NCBI RefSeq assembly: GCF_052425735.1
Contig: NC_135763.1
Span: 1,550,001-1,614,000, forward strand
Direction of reading: 5' to 3'
Source of the DNA: Oculina patagonica
Lineage: Eukaryota
Length of the DNA: 64,000 nucleotides
How positions within the stretch are numbered: position 1 is the stretch's first letter; every line of letters starts with the position of its first letter. The position numbers were made by a program, and so were the translations under genes. The notes beneath the pieces are model-generated. The model was given only the letters and a program-made list of their open reading frames with translations. It was not told the DNA's origin and made no database searches. This document shows positions 1-13,607 of the stretch, in pieces.

Positions 1-532
1 CCTGTAGGTTGACTCTTTCGCCGTCTGCCTAGCCTGCGAGCAGGCTCTCTACTCGCAGGATCGCGCCCAGTTTAGCGCTCAAAGAGTTCAATTCACGTTG
101 CCCCCGAATAGAGAGCCTGCTCGCAGGCTGAATGAATGAATGGAATACTTTATTATAGTGTCAAGGTATCCAGCTTTAAAAAACTAATTGGGGACACTAT
201 TTACCGTCTGCCTTCCAAGCACATTTGTTCCGCCTTGTAAACACAGGTGCCCGAATCAGACCGTGTTCTTTTTTTGCTTAATCAAATCGGTTTTTGTGGG
301 AATTTGTTCTACAAAACGTTTTTAAAAATAGTTTCCCTAGGAAGGTGGCCAACAAGTTGTCTATTGATCGATAGGATGACAGTCGAGGAGTTAACCCCAA
401 GAGTGCCGAGAACAAAATCCATGATGGGGGTATTAAACTTGCGTTGGAGCCACCTTATTGACTGCCCCAGGTATACCCACTCCCCACACAGTCAACGGGT
501 AATTACTATTTTATTTCTATCTTCATTTCTAG

Positions 533-1125
533 TGGAAAACATAGAACACCTGCTCAAGTTAAGTGACGAGTACCAGGTGAAACTCGTCTTCAACCCCTGC
601 GTCAAGTTCCTGGAGGATCAACTCAAAACAAAAGCAAACGTCATGAAGATTCTGACGCTTGCAGAATTATACAACCTCGATAACGTTCGTCAGAGCTGCA
701 ACGACCTGCTCACGGATATGACACTGAACTCTATGTCGGAAATTGTTCATTTACAAGATCTTGACCGCGATAGGCTGCAGAGTTTACTGACGCAAAGAAT
801 TGAACGGCTGGAGGCGTTTCTTGATGAGCTGTACCCACAGTTCATGGGATTAGTGGCGTGTTTGTTTTGGCTGTTACACGAAGCAGACAAGAACGTAAGA
901 TGGTGCACTGAGCATGTATGTGACGGGAAATTAAAATACAGAGCTGATGTTGACGACCCGGAAATCAGAGCATGTTTGCGTTGTCGTCAGATGTTAATTT
1001 CAATAGTTCAGGAGAGTTACCATGGCAACAGTGTTTATAGGAGACACCATTATGGAGGAAAACATCATTTTAATGAAAGCTTGCACACTGTTATAGAGGA
1101 CTTCTACAAACTGAAACGAGCTTAA
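533..1125 (+). CDS. BTB-domain protein paralog 1, last coding exon (helical BACK-like region plus CxxH/CxxC C-terminus); upstream exons lie outside the window
   Basis: Acceptor ttcatttctag at 522-532. The exon reads ENIEHLLKLSDEYQVK...WCTEH...CLRC...stop at 1125, and is homologous to the last exons of the three other BTB paralogs in the window. The ORF-track N-terminus (247-532) is intronic. Confidence 0.85.
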
Positions 1126-2239
1126 ACTCCTCTCGCTGTAAGACAAGTCAACCCCCAGACCAACTATATCTCATAAAAATGTATATGCAGAAGTTTATGA
1201 CCAAGGAATTATGACTTAATGCTCATCATATAAGCACCATATAAGCTCAGGGCTGTAGGCAGGGGCCGGTGCGATGGGTGCGTCCGCACCCACCCACGGG
1301 CCACAAAGGTCCGCCTAATCGGGAAGTGAGGGTTAAAATAACTCTCAGAATGTAGGAAATATGGACTTAAACAACTTGAATTTTCAAAATTTCCAAATTA
1401 GGGCCTCAGCGTAAAAATAAATTTGAGACAGTCACGAAACGAGCCGACTGGGATGCCATTTATAGGACATTATAGGGTTTTATAAGCTTTTTATAGAGTT
1501 AGGGTCCTTTCAAACTTCCCCCATCCACACTCCTTGGTCCCCCGAACACCTTTTTACTGCTCTAGTCTTGCGGGAAGGCCATCATGATATTTTTTCAAAA
1601 AGCCTTAAACAAGAGTCGGGGTACGAGACTAGTCATGATCAAGTGGGCGTCAATCTTAAAGTAGCTTATATTTGATAATTTCATCTCAGTTTCAACAATT
1701 CTTTGCTGAAATAGGATTATTACGTCAGATTTCTTTCAAAAGAAAAGGGCTATAACGGCCAGTGGAGGAGAAAGAGATGTGAACATGTCAACTTTCTAAT
1801 CTTAACATTTTTTTGTTATTTTTCCTGATCAGGGCTTTATCATCGAAGAAAAATAAATTATTTTGCTTCCTTGCACGTTGTAAGTGTAACAATAAAGCAA
1901 TTGTTAGCAAAAAAGAGCGGAACTCCAAAAGTAACGACGTTCCGTAGCCACCTCAAAACAGCTACTTGACCGAGCTTGTTACTAATAAACAATGGAAATA
2001 TCAGGTACAGCAAGCTGTACCAAAGTGATTAGATGATTAGACGACCCAATGTGAGTCAATGTATTACCCTGTTCTGTATGATATAAAATCTTTTCAACAA
2101 GGTTTATCGTTTATATATCTTATTCTTTACGTGATAGTTTCTCTTAAACATTAACGGCAACACATAAATACGTTTGGGAGTTCGATTATCGAACTAGTGG
2201 AACAAATCGAATACCTATTCTCACTGAATAATTAATTAA

Positions 2240-2507
2240 CGCATCATGAAACAACTATTTAAATACTCCGCGGTCCCTAGGGATGCATTGCTGCATTGCG
2301 GGCTCCCCGTATAAGTAGAATAGACCGCGTGGCTTTGATTTTACTGTGTCACAGCGACCGCCGAGCTAGACGACGGATCAAGGTTCGCCCCACCCTCCTC
2401 CCCTGGTGTTGGTTGACAACTCCTCACGTCCCTATGGCCATCCTCGCTGTCTACCTCTTTACACAACAATCCGCGGATCTCTCTCCCATAACTTAGTTTC
2501 ATGATGT
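2240..2507. mobile_element. Short MITE with TTAA flanks
   Basis: ttaa|cgcatcatgaaac ... gtttcatgatgtg|ttaa: 13-bp inverted repeat with one mismatch, bounded by TTAA on both sides. Confidence 0.55.
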
Positions 2508-2675
2508 GTTAAGTAGTAGACAGTGAGGATATAATACAAAATCGAACAAAACCGAACAACACATCTAAGAATACATAGATAACTCTGTATCTGCTTAATA
2601 AGTACATAACTATAGATTCAGAAGCAGTCCCCACTTTTCCAGTTTCTTGGAAGGTATGATTGCTATGGGGCGGAC

Positions 2676-2677
<2 letters not shown>

Positions 2678-2759
<82 letters not shown>

Positions 2760-2842
2760 GTGAATAATTATTATGTGAAATAAAGTTATTGTTAAATTTA
2801 TTATTATTATTATTATATTATTATTATTATTATTATTATTAT
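2678..2842. repeat. (ATT)n microsatellite, interrupted
   Basis: Two long ATT runs separated by an AATAAA-containing spacer of about 40 bp. Confidence 0.95.
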
Positions 2843-3937
2843 ACTGCTGTCAAGACACTACAGCAGTGCGTGCGAAGAGAAACCAACGAAGCGCTTCAGA
2901 CTAGGCTTGGCAATGTCAGGGAGTCTCTACCTCAGAAGACACAACGAGCCATTGATCTCGCAACCGAGAAAGGTGCTTCTAACTGGCTCACGGTCCTCCC
3001 ATTAAAGGACATGGGCTACAACCTGAATAAAGGCGAGTTCCGAGATGCTGTAAAGCTCAGGTACGACTGGGAAATTGACGACAAGCCGACAGTGTGCGTG
3101 TGCGGTGACGCCTTTACAATCGATCATGCAATGATTTGTAGGAGAGGCGGATTCATAATTCAGCGCCATAATGAACTCCGTGACCTCGAGGCTGACTTGC
3201 TTAAGATGGTCTGTAATGATGTCGAAATAGAGCCCGTCCTTCAAGAGCTGACTGGAGAGAGGCTACCAAGCGGCGCTAACACAACGCCAGATGCTCGCCT
3301 AGATATACATGCCCGGGGGTTTTGGGAGAAGCAGAGATCCGCGTTCTTTGATGTGAGGGTGTGTCACCCCAACGCGGATTCCTACAAGGACCAAACCCCC
3401 AAGCAGATATACCGTAACCATGAGAATGAGAAGAAGAGGGCTTACGCAGACAGGGTTCTTCAAGTAGAACAGGGAACTTTCACTCCATTGGTGTTTACAT
3501 CCACCGGAGGAATGGGCGAGGAGTGCAAGAGGTATCACAGTAGGCTTGCAGAATTAATCGCCGCAAAGAAAGGGGAGGATTACGCAACAACGGTGTCTTG
3601 GATCAGATCAAAAGTCTCATTTGCGATCCTCCGATCCGCCTTAATCTGCCTAAGGGGATCAAGAACTGTAAAGAGAAACAGGAACATTGACATTTATGAT
3701 ATGGACTTTCAAGTAGAGAATTCTCGTACTGCAATTTAGATCGATTATTTTTTTTTAATATATAGTTCTTCTTTTATTATTGCTCTCGAAGTCGCTTTTA
3801 CTATTTTTCTACATTTTTTAAAGACACTGTTTTTATTATTATGTAAATAATATGTTTATATATAAAGTTCTTATTCGAATAGTCAAATCATTGTAATTCT
3901 TTTAGAAATTGGTTAATAAAGTTTTTATTATAAAAAA

Positions 3938-3938
<1 letters not shown>
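2843..3938 (+). mobile_element. 5'-truncated non-LTR retrotransposon, restriction-like endonuclease type (CRE-clade-like): C-terminal ORF plus 3'UTR
   Basis: Open frame to 3739 with [10 protein letters not shown]...[10 protein letters not shown], zinc knuckle CVC-x7-H-x3-C, RHNELRD and the RLE core ARLDI...FFDVRV. T-rich 3'UTR with AATAAA at about 3915 and a short A-tail running into (ATT)n. The poly-L/Y N-terminus in the ORF track is a microsatellite artefact. Confidence 0.88.

Positions 3939-4016
<78 letters not shown>
3938..4016. repeat. (ATT)n microsatellite
   Basis: Pure ATT run of about 26 units. Confidence 0.95.
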
Positions 4017-4018
<2 letters not shown>

Positions 4019-4180
4019 GGCGAGTCGTTAGCCGGGGGGGAGGGGGCTAATACAGCTCCCGATGCCCGGCTTGACGCTCATGCACGGGGTTTCTGGTCTA
4101 GACAAGGTTCCACATTCTTTGACGTACAGGTGTGCCACCCAAATGCGGAATCTTACAAGGACCTCACCTCTCAGCAAATC
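4016..4180 (+). mobile_element. Second, diverged fragment of a related CRE-like element
   Basis: Translates [46 protein letters not shown], homologous to about 3250-3410 but clearly a different copy. Confidence 0.85.
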
Positions 4181-5488
4181 AAATAAATGAATAAACTGTA
4201 CTGGGCCGCGAATCTATGAAAGACCTATCAGCCAACAAATGAAAAACAAACACTTGCGCCTAATGGTATTAACCGTAGAAATGAACATTGACAATTTCAT
4301 TATTTTTGGTTTTATCAATTTTATTATCATTATTATTATTATTGTTTTCCGCATTGCACATGTTTATATGTCTTGTCACCGTATATCTTTATTGCGGGCC
4401 CAAGAGAGGCCCGCAACCCTAATCTTGACAGTGATCAGCGGATTGCGTTTTACGCGTGCGCGCCACGTTTATAAACCAGGACCGAACCGGAAGTTGAAAA
4501 TTTTTGTTCTTCCACTAAGCACGATCGGAATGCGAAAATGTGTTAATCACGACAGTTTGTCGTAACACCGGAAGAGAAAAATCTGTTCTCCAAGAGCGAT
4601 ATTTTAAAAACAGCTTGTAAACCTTCTGTGACATTGAAGGCGATTGTATCACAGATAAACCACGGTAAAGCGAATGATTCCAACAACGGTTATTGTCGAG
4701 AAATTCGTTATAACACTGACAACATAGCGAGTTTACTGACTGAGAAAAATCACATCTAAATTCACACTGCACCGCGTGCGAAAAATCCTTGCGTGACGCG
4801 TTACTCAGAATAATTGTCTATTGTTCATTTGATCATTTCAGTCCTCCTTGTTCAGTCGTTTATTTATAATTATCGGCACTGCCTACCAGTACCTTGTCTA
4901 AGTGCGTCAAGGCTCGCACTTTCTAACCTGTGGTTACCACTAGTATTAGTATTAGTTAAACATTAACCCACACCAAGAGAAAATAATTATCCAAATTCAA
5001 ATTTTAGAGCCGTTATTTTCCTTAGATTATAGTACTGGCCCAAAAGAAGACTAGCTCTGCTAGTTGAAATATTGGCCAATAAATCTTGCCCTCCTGCCGT
5101 TGTACCAGCCTTGCAATCAGTCTGGTTTATCAGGTTTTATATAGCCTATAAATGGGAGAACCCCCTCGGGAGTCACCGACTACATAGTCGATCACGACAA
5201 CTAAGAGTTATTTTTTGACAAAAAATAATAATAAAAATAACTCAAAAATGTTTCACACAATCCTTTTTTCGCATTTCGATCACCGACTCCATTTTGTTCG
5301 GCGTACGGTCGACAAACTTCGGCTCGGTCAAACCTGGACCCTATTGTGAGCCATGACGTCACCGACTCTGGCCCCTCTCTCCGTTGCCCCTGCTGCGGGG
5401 AGGCCAAATGACTGTGTTTTCTTAATTTTCTTCGTCGAACGCAACAAATACTCTATCATCACAAGCTTCCAACACCTCCATTAACGTT

Positions 5489-8400
5489 ATGTTTGGAGCA
5501 GCGAACTACGTTGTGTTTGGAACACCAGCTGGTAAGCTTGTATATTTTCCTGATTTTCAGATTTTAGCCTGCGTGGCCGGCGTTCCTCGGGGAGGGGGAA
5601 GGGGAGTTCGAGCGCGAGGCGCAGGCTATTCATATTAATTATTTTAATCTCTTTGACATTAATCACATGAAAGCTTATATAGTTGGAAATTATGTAAAAC
5701 TGGTTTAACTTTTTATTTGCAAGACTGCCAAGACTAGACTGTAATAGACTGCGAATGCAGCCGGCTCTTTAATATGTATCAGTCAATCCCCACCCCCCCC
5801 CCCCCCGGGCAAACCCTCGGGCATTTGACCTTTTTCAAAATGTCTGATCAAATCTCCCGGTATGTGGGCCAGTTGCACGGTCAAATGCCTCACCGGTTGT
5901 AGACTTTCTCAAATTCCTTCGACGCACGGTTTAGCAACATGATTTTCCCACGCTGTGTCATGTTTCAATTACGCTGTCTCAACTCGGATAGAATTAGGGC
6001 TGTGCATTCTACACGTAAAGGCGGGCTATGTTTCATCCCTTCTAGCCAGACAACTTGGTTAGCCGGGGCACCCTCCCTCCATGTAAACAAGCCCTTATCC
6101 CTCACGCTTCTCTTTTACGTGTGGACTGCATTTTCTATTTGCTCTCTGAAGACCACTTACATGTAGAACCTCTAGATTGAAGGAAGAAGTGGAAAGCGAA
6201 TTTGCCTTGGCGTGCATAGAATACACGTCATCTGTTTGTGTGTGTATAAAAGAACTTGCCCTCAAAGACGAAACCACAGAAATTGAAAAACTTTTAATTA
6301 CTACTTAATCGCAGAATTTTTCCATGTTTGTTGTACACAAACGATGAAAAAATCTAATGACTGAATCTTCTGAAATGGAGCAGAATTCAACATTTTTGGT
6401 TGATTTATAATTAGCTGGGTTGCCATGGTAATGCGTCTTATGTGACGTGCAAAAATTACAAATGCAGTAGCTGACCTTGTAAACTACCAAATTTGAGCTT
6501 GTCAACTGCAATGGGTTTGGCGTGAGAGCATTATCTATTGGATATGTACTCCAAAGATTGGAAAACTGTGTTTGGCCACCTTAAGGGCCTTGGCCGAAGT
6601 TAAAAAAACCAACAGAATGAAAAAGAGGGACTGAAATTTCACTGAAAAATAATCATGGAAAAGACTTAGTAAGAAGAAAAAAAAACCCACAACCCGGGGT
6701 ATTTCCAGTTGGTCCATGAGTTATAGGATAAGTGGACTTCGTCTAAATATAAAGCCAATATCTAACCACTACCGGTGTAAAAGTCGTCTTCTTACTTTCG
6801 TTGTTTGAATCAGTTTACAACACATGGGTAACCAAGCTTTTGTTGAACTGCGAAGTCCTGGATGCTAAACTAATTTTCATTTGGTGTTACAGCGAAATAA
6901 TATCACTGGGTAGGAAAATCTTTTACCGTTGCTTGGAGTTTTTGGCCAATCACTAAACCGAACAGACAATGGGTATTGTTTCTCAATTACGTGTTGAGCT
7001 TGTAAGATCAATAAGTACTTTCAATCCCCTAGTTAGATATGAAAAAGGCAACAAACTTGAGCCTTTCCCCACCATTTCGGGGAGTGGGCATGGACACTGT
7101 AAATGCAAATTAGTTTAGCATCCAGGAATTTACAGTTTAATTAAAGCTTGGTTACCCATGTGTTGTGAACTAATTCGAGCAACCAAAGAAGACAAAGACT
7201 TTAGTGGTTAGTTATTGGCTTTATATTTAGATGAACTCCACTTATCCTATAGCTCATGGTTGGTCACCCATCCAAGTACTAATCCTACCCAACACGGCTT
7301 AAAGTGGCCAACAATGGTTTTTTAGTATTTTCAAGACTGATGGGCCAGTACTACAACTCTTTATCAACTGCTATAATTTACAGTGATGGTACGAAACAAT
7401 GCCCAGTCATTGGTCGATGAGTTGTGATCATTTCCTTGACATTACTGGTTACCATAGCAACAGAGTAACCCATCAAAAACACTTAGTTTTAGCTTTCACT
7501 GCTAATAACTCAAAAATGAGCTAGGTGACCCCCATTTTGTATTGTTGAGGTATGTTCAGCATGTTATGATAAAACTTTTGGCAAAGTTTAAAAAAATTCT
7601 ATCAGAGGGGTTCAGAACCACCTTGATATTTTGAAAATTTAATGTGGCTAAAATCATATCATCTGACTCGTACCCAACTGGAAATACAATGGTTCAGTTT
7701 ATATAAATCAACTTATATCGCACGATGCCAAAGATGCCAAATGTTAATTATAATAATTAGCCAGTTATAGAAAATTCTAAATTAAACATATCACCCATTT
7801 AATTAGTTGGATGTTTAGAATACTCTTGTCACGAGTGGCATTCCTAGTCTCTTGCAGGGTGGGGGGGGGGAATTGAGGTGGACAGAGTGACTTGCCATGA
7901 TAAATGTCTGAAGTTATACTTAGAGATTGACATTTTTAACTACTTTGACCTTTAAAAAGTGTACCCTAACAGAATTGATTTTATATTTACCTCTGCTTAC
8001 TGGCAATAGTTAATCTATGGAATAGAAATCTCGGAATATTTCTTTCAAATGATCCATGTATTTTAAAAAGCAATCTGATATGATATGACCATCCTGACCT
8101 TTCATGACTACTTTTCTGAACTGTCAATCGATGTCAAGTATTTGGAGAATCATGTGCTTCCACATGCAAGAAATTGATCTTAACTGCCTAAAAAGATTAT
8201 TTAAGGAGGCTCACAACAGTTTCCAGCACTTTTCAGCACTCATACTTTGATTGGTCAGTGCTAAAAATAATTAGCAGTTTTTGCTGTAGACAAATTTGGT
8301 ATCAAACAAATGCCCAATCATTGATAAACAAATTTTGGTTATTTTTTAGTAGACTATGAGCAGAGTCTTTGGAGCTTGAAGCTAAATTTTTTTTTGGAAG

Positions 8401-11266
8401 ATTCCATCAAGCTTGAAGCAAAAAAATCAATGAACGCGCAGGGTGATTTATCTTTTCGCTTCACGCTCCACGGACTCTACGACAAAAATGGACTGCTAAT
8501 TTTTTAGATGTCACTGGAAACCATAGCATCGGTATAACCTGTTAAAATACATCTTTTTGCAAAGTTAGATTATTTGCAGAGGGGTTTCAGAGCCACCTTA
8601 AATTTTCGAAAAGTTTCGTTCTATTAAGGCGCAGCGAAGTTATTTTGCACTGAGTAGAAAGCCCTTGGCTTACTCTACAAGATGACATATTTTTTGTTGG
8701 CTGTGACGTCATTAGCGCCGCCATCTAGGGTCCGCCATCTTGGATTTCACCTTTTTTGAAAAGTCAGAAAATAACGGAAATTGATGCAAAAAATCAAGTC
8801 AGAATGCTTACGGAGTGTAAAATTAAACAAATTGTACAATTTTGTTTCACAAAACAGGAAAACGAAAAAATGTTTTAAATGACGATTTTTGGCCAGACCT
8901 GCTTGTAATTATTACGTTACCATGGCAACATCAAATATCATAGATACATGGTTGACATATCAAAATTTCCGCAAGGGATGAATGAACTGCTACTGAAAGN
9001 NNNNNNNNNNNNNNNNNNNNNNNNNNNNNNNNNNNNNNNNNNNNNNNNNNNNNNNNNNNNNNNNNNNNNNNNNNNNNNNNNNNNNNNNNNNNNNNNNNNN
9101 NNNNNNNNNNNNNNNNNNNNNNNNNNNNNNNNNNNNNNNNNNNNNNNNNNNNNNNNNNNNNNNNNAGTATTTGTAGCACAAAGACTAGTGGGGCCGAGCA
9201 AATGACAGAAACAACTAAATCAAATAAACATAACTTTAAGAATCCCAGATGGCCAGAGGCAAACCAGCTGGCTATTTACAAGCGTGGACGAGAGTCTAAA
9301 CTTGGGACTACCAAGAACAGATCCAGCTAGCGGCTTGGGTGGGACTTGAACCCGGGAACTCCACGTTGAAAGTCCAACGCTCTAACCGCTTGGCCACGCT
9401 GCCTCCATCCATATTATGCCACGGGCGCGCGTTGGATATGAAATAGTAGATAGCCAAAAAGGCGCGTAGCGAAGAGCTGGCTAAAATCACATCATCTGAC
9501 TCATATCCAACAAGTACGAGTGGAATCATTGTTGTTTTTTGAACAACAACAACAAATATCGGTAAATCAATCAAAATTCTTCTGGAAATACATCATCTAA
9601 CGGTCCAGTTTATACAAATCAAATCGCACAAAGAATTGCCTAATGTCGATTAGAATAATTCGCCAGGTATAGAAAATGTACAAAAAAGCAATGTGGTGTT
9701 AAGTTACGAATTGATTTTTTTTTTAGCTGTCTGAATTAAGTGTAATGGTGGGGACAAGGCAAGGGATGGCCTGGAGTGGGAGGGGGAGGAGGTGAAGCAA
9801 GTAGAAAAATCTCGCTCGTGCGTCTTTTGCTTCAAAATCAGGCAAACGTATGAGTAGTTCTTGAACGTCCTGCCTTTTTTTCTAGTTGGCCAAAACATTG
9901 CCGAGCAAGAAGAAGAGAAAGCAGATGAGACAAATCCCTTTTCTGAGCCCTGGGAGGAGAGTGACTTAGTTCTTGTGGTGGAGGAGAAGAAATTTCATGT
10001 CCATCGCCAGATACTAAGTATACACTCGCCAGTTTTCAAAGCCATGCTAAATACGCATTTTAAAGAGGCAACTGCCAGCGAGATTCCGTTACCAGGAAAG
10101 AAGTCAAACGAGATTTTGGACTTCCTAAAGCAACTGTACCTAAAAGAAACAAAAGCAATTACATGTAAGTACCTACGCTTTTAAGAACCTCTTTAAGTTA
10201 TTATCTGGGTCATATGAAAGAGAAGTCTGTCTGAGCTTTGAGACCGACGATACAGAACACATGGCTGGCTGCTCGGCTAATGAAAATTTCAGTGATATTT
10301 TTGAGCTTTTTGTTTTCAAAAATCTTTTATTAAAATGAGTGGATGGTAGAACGGAGCTTGTGTGAATTTTGTTGAAAGGACTGTGAATTTTTACCCTCTT
10401 GCTCGGATCTTTATTTTTCTTTACTATAATTTCAAATCAGTGAATATTCTTATAACTACCAACGTATGTATTCACATGATTATGATCACACTCACTATCG
10501 CCATTACGACCACGACGGTCACTACAAACCATCACCACCACCAATCGCCATCAACAACACCATCATCATCATCATTATCATCATAACCACACCACCATCA
10601 AAATCATCATCGTTACCGTCAAGCATCACGGTCATGTGTATTTTATTATGAATTTTTTTTGTCTTTACTCTTTATTTTTCAGTGAACATGGTGGAATATC
10701 TTTTAACGTCAGCCGACGAATACCAGGCAAAGGCAATCTTTGACCTCTGCGTGAAGTGCCTTGAGGAACAAGCAAAATCTCAGGAAAATGCGATGAAGAT
10801 TCTTTTCCTGACAAATAGCACAGTGATGGCAAGAGAGGACGGCAGGTTGGACAGTGTTCGTAGGAAATGTTTCGAATTGATTAAAGACATGAAACTTACA
10901 GTTATCTTGCAAAATAATGATTTCAAGAATTTTGACCGAGATACCACGGAAAACGTTTTTGTGCAAAAAGTTAAACGATTAGAAACGTTTCTCAAAAGTG
11001 TTTATCCTCAGTTTATGGGGGTAGAGGAGTTGGCTTTATGGGCGCGTATGGGGGAAGCAAATTCAACGATAACTCCCTGCCCTCAACACTTTTATGAAAA
11101 AAGAGTGAATGGGGGGAACCTTTCTGAGCTGATCAAAATCTGCTCAGTTTGTAGGAGAATGATTGAGCAGTTACTGCGCGGCTACTCACGTCGCAGCAGC
11201 AATTCCGTTGACAGTCGTCTGATATCGATTATTCAAGATTTTCATAATATAGAGTCAAACCTTTGA
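5489..11266 (+). CDS. BTB-domain protein paralog 2 (about 301 aa, 3 exons)
   Basis: Exons 5489-5531, 9886-10164 and 10683-11266; GT-AG introns, both phase 1; 906 nt in frame. BTB motif FSEPWEESDLVLVVEEKKFHVHRQILSIHSPVFKAML..F.E. Exon 1 is supported by homology to the first exon of paralog 4. Confidence 0.85.
5945..6094 (+). mobile_element. Right-end fragment of the Harbinger-like MITE family at 13911-15473
   Basis: ...ggttagccggggcaccctccctccatgtaaacaagccc matches the right TIR of that family. Confidence 0.75.
6714..7259. mobile_element. Long-TIR MITE inserted into a 5S rRNA-derived sequence, 5-bp TSD TTGGT
   Basis: Imperfect TIRs of about 165 bp (ccatgagttataggataagtgg... / ...ccacttatcctatagctcatgg). 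TTGGT at 6709-6713 and 7260-7264. The flanks rejoin as ccagttggtcacccatccaagtactaa, which resembles the 5S internal promoter region on the minus strand. Confidence 0.75.
9000..9165. other. Assembly gap (N run)
   Basis: Run of Ns inside intron 1 of BTB paralog 2. Confidence 0.99.
9236..9405 (-). mobile_element. tRNA-derived SINE
   Basis: Minus strand reads ggcagcgtggccaagcggttagagcg (A box) ... cccgggttcaagtccc (B box), followed by a SINE-like body. Confidence 0.65.
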
Positions 11267-11438
11267 TACGGACACCTGGCCAGATTCTGTAGTGTCCAAT
11301 TAGGAAATCACTTCGAAGCATTGCTTCAGACCATTTGGAGACAGCTGATGACATATTATACCACGTAAGATTGCTTGCGGTTAGCTCTAATAATGGGGTT
11401 AGGATTTTTATCCAAAAAAATCGTTGGCCTGGCAGCTG

Positions 11439-11511
11439 GTCGTCGGTGGCGTAGTGGGATGATTCCCGCTTAGTAAACCGGCGACCCGGGTTCGATTCTT
11501 CTTGGTGTCAA
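11439..11511 (+). mobile_element. tRNA-like sequence (SINE head or pseudo-tRNA)
   Basis: A box ggtggcgtagtgg, B box gggttcgattc and a downstream T-run; the acceptor stem is not intact. Confidence 0.5.
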
Positions 11512-13607
11512 CCTTTTTTTAACTAAAAAAAGGTTAAGTGTGATGTTTACTTCATGTATGAAAAAATAAGAAATCTCACATGGTCAGACGCAATGCTTGG
11601 TAATGCTTTCCGTCCAATTAGTTACATAGATTAAACTGCAAAGCTCACGTGATCAATCTAGAGAATTAATTATATATAAACAAAGCCAACTGAGACATAA
11701 GACAATTCAAGAATGTAAGGAAGGTGATCTTTCGTACAACCATAATGAAAAAGTAAAGGTAAAAAATACAAAATAAAGCATAAAAATTGAACAGTAAGTA
11801 CAAGTTAAGTGAAAACATGTCATCTTGAGAAGAATTGTTGATTGGCGCTTGCGTCAGTTTCTGGAGCTTCTTTACCTGAAGAGAGTAATTAACTTAAGTG
11901 ATGGCCAGCTAGAGGCCCTCTCTGCTATGATGGCAAGAATACTCCAGCTTTTTTCTCCTCCAGTCGTAAAGCTTCCTCAATTTTTTCCCCCGTGGCAGAA
12001 GTAATTTATAGCAAATAAGGGAAATATATTTTGGGACCTTGACTACTTGTTCTCAAAATATGGTGTTACTTGTTCTCTAAATACGGTGTCTGCTTAATAC
12101 AGGTTTATACAGGTTTGTCTATACTCTTGAGTAACTTATTTTTATTTTCGTTTCGTCGAACTTTGACTTTGTAATCTGTTGTTGTGAATCACTGGAGTAC
12201 TAGTATTGTAAATTCATAGGAAATTGGAAACTTGTAACACCAATTCACCAGTTATTAATAAATGCTCGTTGTAATTCTCTGATCCTAACTATGCTATTTA
12301 TACAATCACTAACATTGCTGCAGCTAGATAACAGTCTTTATCACGCACAAGGTGTCAGCTAGTTTTATTGACGTTACGTTTTTTGACAAATTTCCACAAA
12401 ATTATGTAAAACCCCTTGTGAAACGTCATCGCTTCTGCATGCATTACATGCCATTTATTTAAATTAGTAGCTCTTGCGTGAAACAAACAACACGTCGCAG
12501 TTATATTGTTCTCTATAAAGGAACAGTGGCAAAAGATCGAACTGTTTACGATATCATAGTTGAAGCTTTTTAGTAGCTAAGACGCATGGCCTATTCGAAA
12601 ACCAGTTATTTGGTAGTTTTGCACCGATGTTAGCTACCGTGTGTAAATATATGAATAACGATTGCTTGCCTGCTTGCTCGCTAAATCGATCAGTTGACCG
12701 ACCGACCGACCGACTGAATTACTGGATTGGTTGGTCTGGTTGTTTACCTCTGTCTAAAAAACTAAAACCGCTGGTTGTCGGACTTCCAGAAGTTCCTACA
12801 TCTCGGGAGTATTCGATTCCTTGTGGCACGTATCCTTACACTGATTAAAAAACCACAACTATTTTTAATTCGACACATCCTGAATGCTTTCAATATTCTT
12901 TTTCAATGAAGATTGGATTACTTGCAAAAAGTTAGACCTGGAACTAGAGATAAAATGCTTTTTTTTGTTCCTGTGTCAACAAAATATTACCAGTCTTTTT
13001 GATATGTGGTAATATTTTGGCTTCCAAAATTCATGCACTGAAACTGAAATTGACAGAGTCAACAATACGTTGCTTTTACTGCTATGTGTCAGCGAAATAC
13101 CGCCTCACTATTGATGAAGGTAAAACCACTCTGCATTTTTGATATGAGACGTTTCGCTTTCAACTTGAAGCCTAACTTCTAGCTCGAAGTTCCGGTCGCG
13201 ACAGTTGGACTTCCCATTTGAGTTCGATTCTAGTAATACTTCATTCTTACACCGACCAATCAATACAACTGTTACTGTGCTATTTTTTAAAAAAAAAAAA
13301 AAAAAAACAGATTGACTATTTAGCTAAAGATTTATAGATTGTTTAAAAAATGATTGCCGTGACTTCACTTGAGTGGTTTCCAAAATTTAACGAATCTGAA
13401 ATTTTCAGCGCCAACAATACGTTGTTATTTTCCTGCTGTGTTTCAGCGAGATACTGCCGCACTTATGATGAAGGTAGACCAAAAGTTCATGCATTTTAAT
13501 AATTTAACTACTTCCCTTTACGAAATGTGCTGAGCTCTAGCGCCAAATACAGAACTTACTCACTTTTGGAACAGTTCACAAGCGCAACACATGACACAGA
13601 CTCTGAG

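Noticed and set aside
12468-12642. Exon-like stretch (…YDIIVEAF / VAKTHGLFENQLFGSFAPMLATV)
   Set aside because: Needs a frameshift, has weak splice sites and cannot be linked to any gene here.
13146-13186. Hairpin followed by GAAACGTC on the minus strand, resembling a hammerhead 3' half
   Set aside because: No CUGANGA core upstream of the stem.
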